Part shown: in pieces, positions 63,828-64,000 of the stretch
Layout: the number at the start of each line of letters is the position of its first letter
Position numbering within the stretch: the stretch's first letter is position 1
Assembly: GCF_963921235.1 (NCBI RefSeq)
Contig: NC_086097.1
Span: 249,676,001-249,740,000 of the forward strand
Direction of reading: 5' to 3'
From: Mobula hypostoma
Taxonomy: Eukaryota
DNA length: 64,000 nt
Program-made: the position numbers and the translations under genes
Notes under the pieces: model-generated
Databases searched by the model: none
What the model saw: the letters and a program-made list of their open reading frames with translations, nothing else
Told to the model about the DNA's origin: nothing

Positions 63828-63975
63828 AGTCCTGATGAAGCATCTCAGTTCAAAACGTTGGCACTTTATTTCTCTGCGCAATGCCGTCTGACCTACTGAG
63901 CCCCTCCAGCACTCTGTGTGTTATTGTGTTAATCTTGATTTGCAGCATCTGCAGGAACTCCTGCGCTTTTGCAAA
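63828..63975 (+). mobile_element. Short PLE pseudo-LTR-derived repeat starting at a degenerate hammerhead motif
   Basis: AGTCCTGATGAAG..AAAACGTT followed by the CTCCAGCA..CAGCATCTGCAG block. Confidence 0.65.
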
Positions 63976-64000
63976 TCTGTATCATAGCCTGGTTGACTAC

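Overview
Eukaryotic, non-genic-looking DNA made almost entirely of nested transposable-element remnants. The repeat mix (many CR1 LINEs, V-SINE/HE1-like SINEs, Rex/Babar LINEs) suggests a cartilaginous fish such as a ray or shark; this is inferred, not shown. No host gene could be identified, only weak exon candidates. Recognisable families: several CR1 LINE subfamilies (one with a nearly intact EN-RT ORF2), Rex1/Babar, L1/Tx1, RTE, R4/Dong, Penelope-like elements (PLE), a chromodomain Gypsy LTR element, an endogenous-retrovirus env remnant, Tc1, a Tigger/pogo-like MITE and a Chapaev3-like transposase. Most notable observations: (1) a minimal hammerhead-ribozyme motif in the PLE terminal repeats, plus at least 8 short copies whose 5' ends fall at the ribozyme; (2) fold-back PLE insertions with clean TSDs; (3) a 262-bp inverted duplication with no mismatch found by eye, inside a dead CR1; (4) a SINE flanked by a 77-bp direct repeat; (5) a retroviral env gene split by a SINE whose (TAA)n tail was then hit by an R4/Dong element. 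All family calls come from motifs read by eye, with no database search. Boundaries without a stated TSD are approximate.
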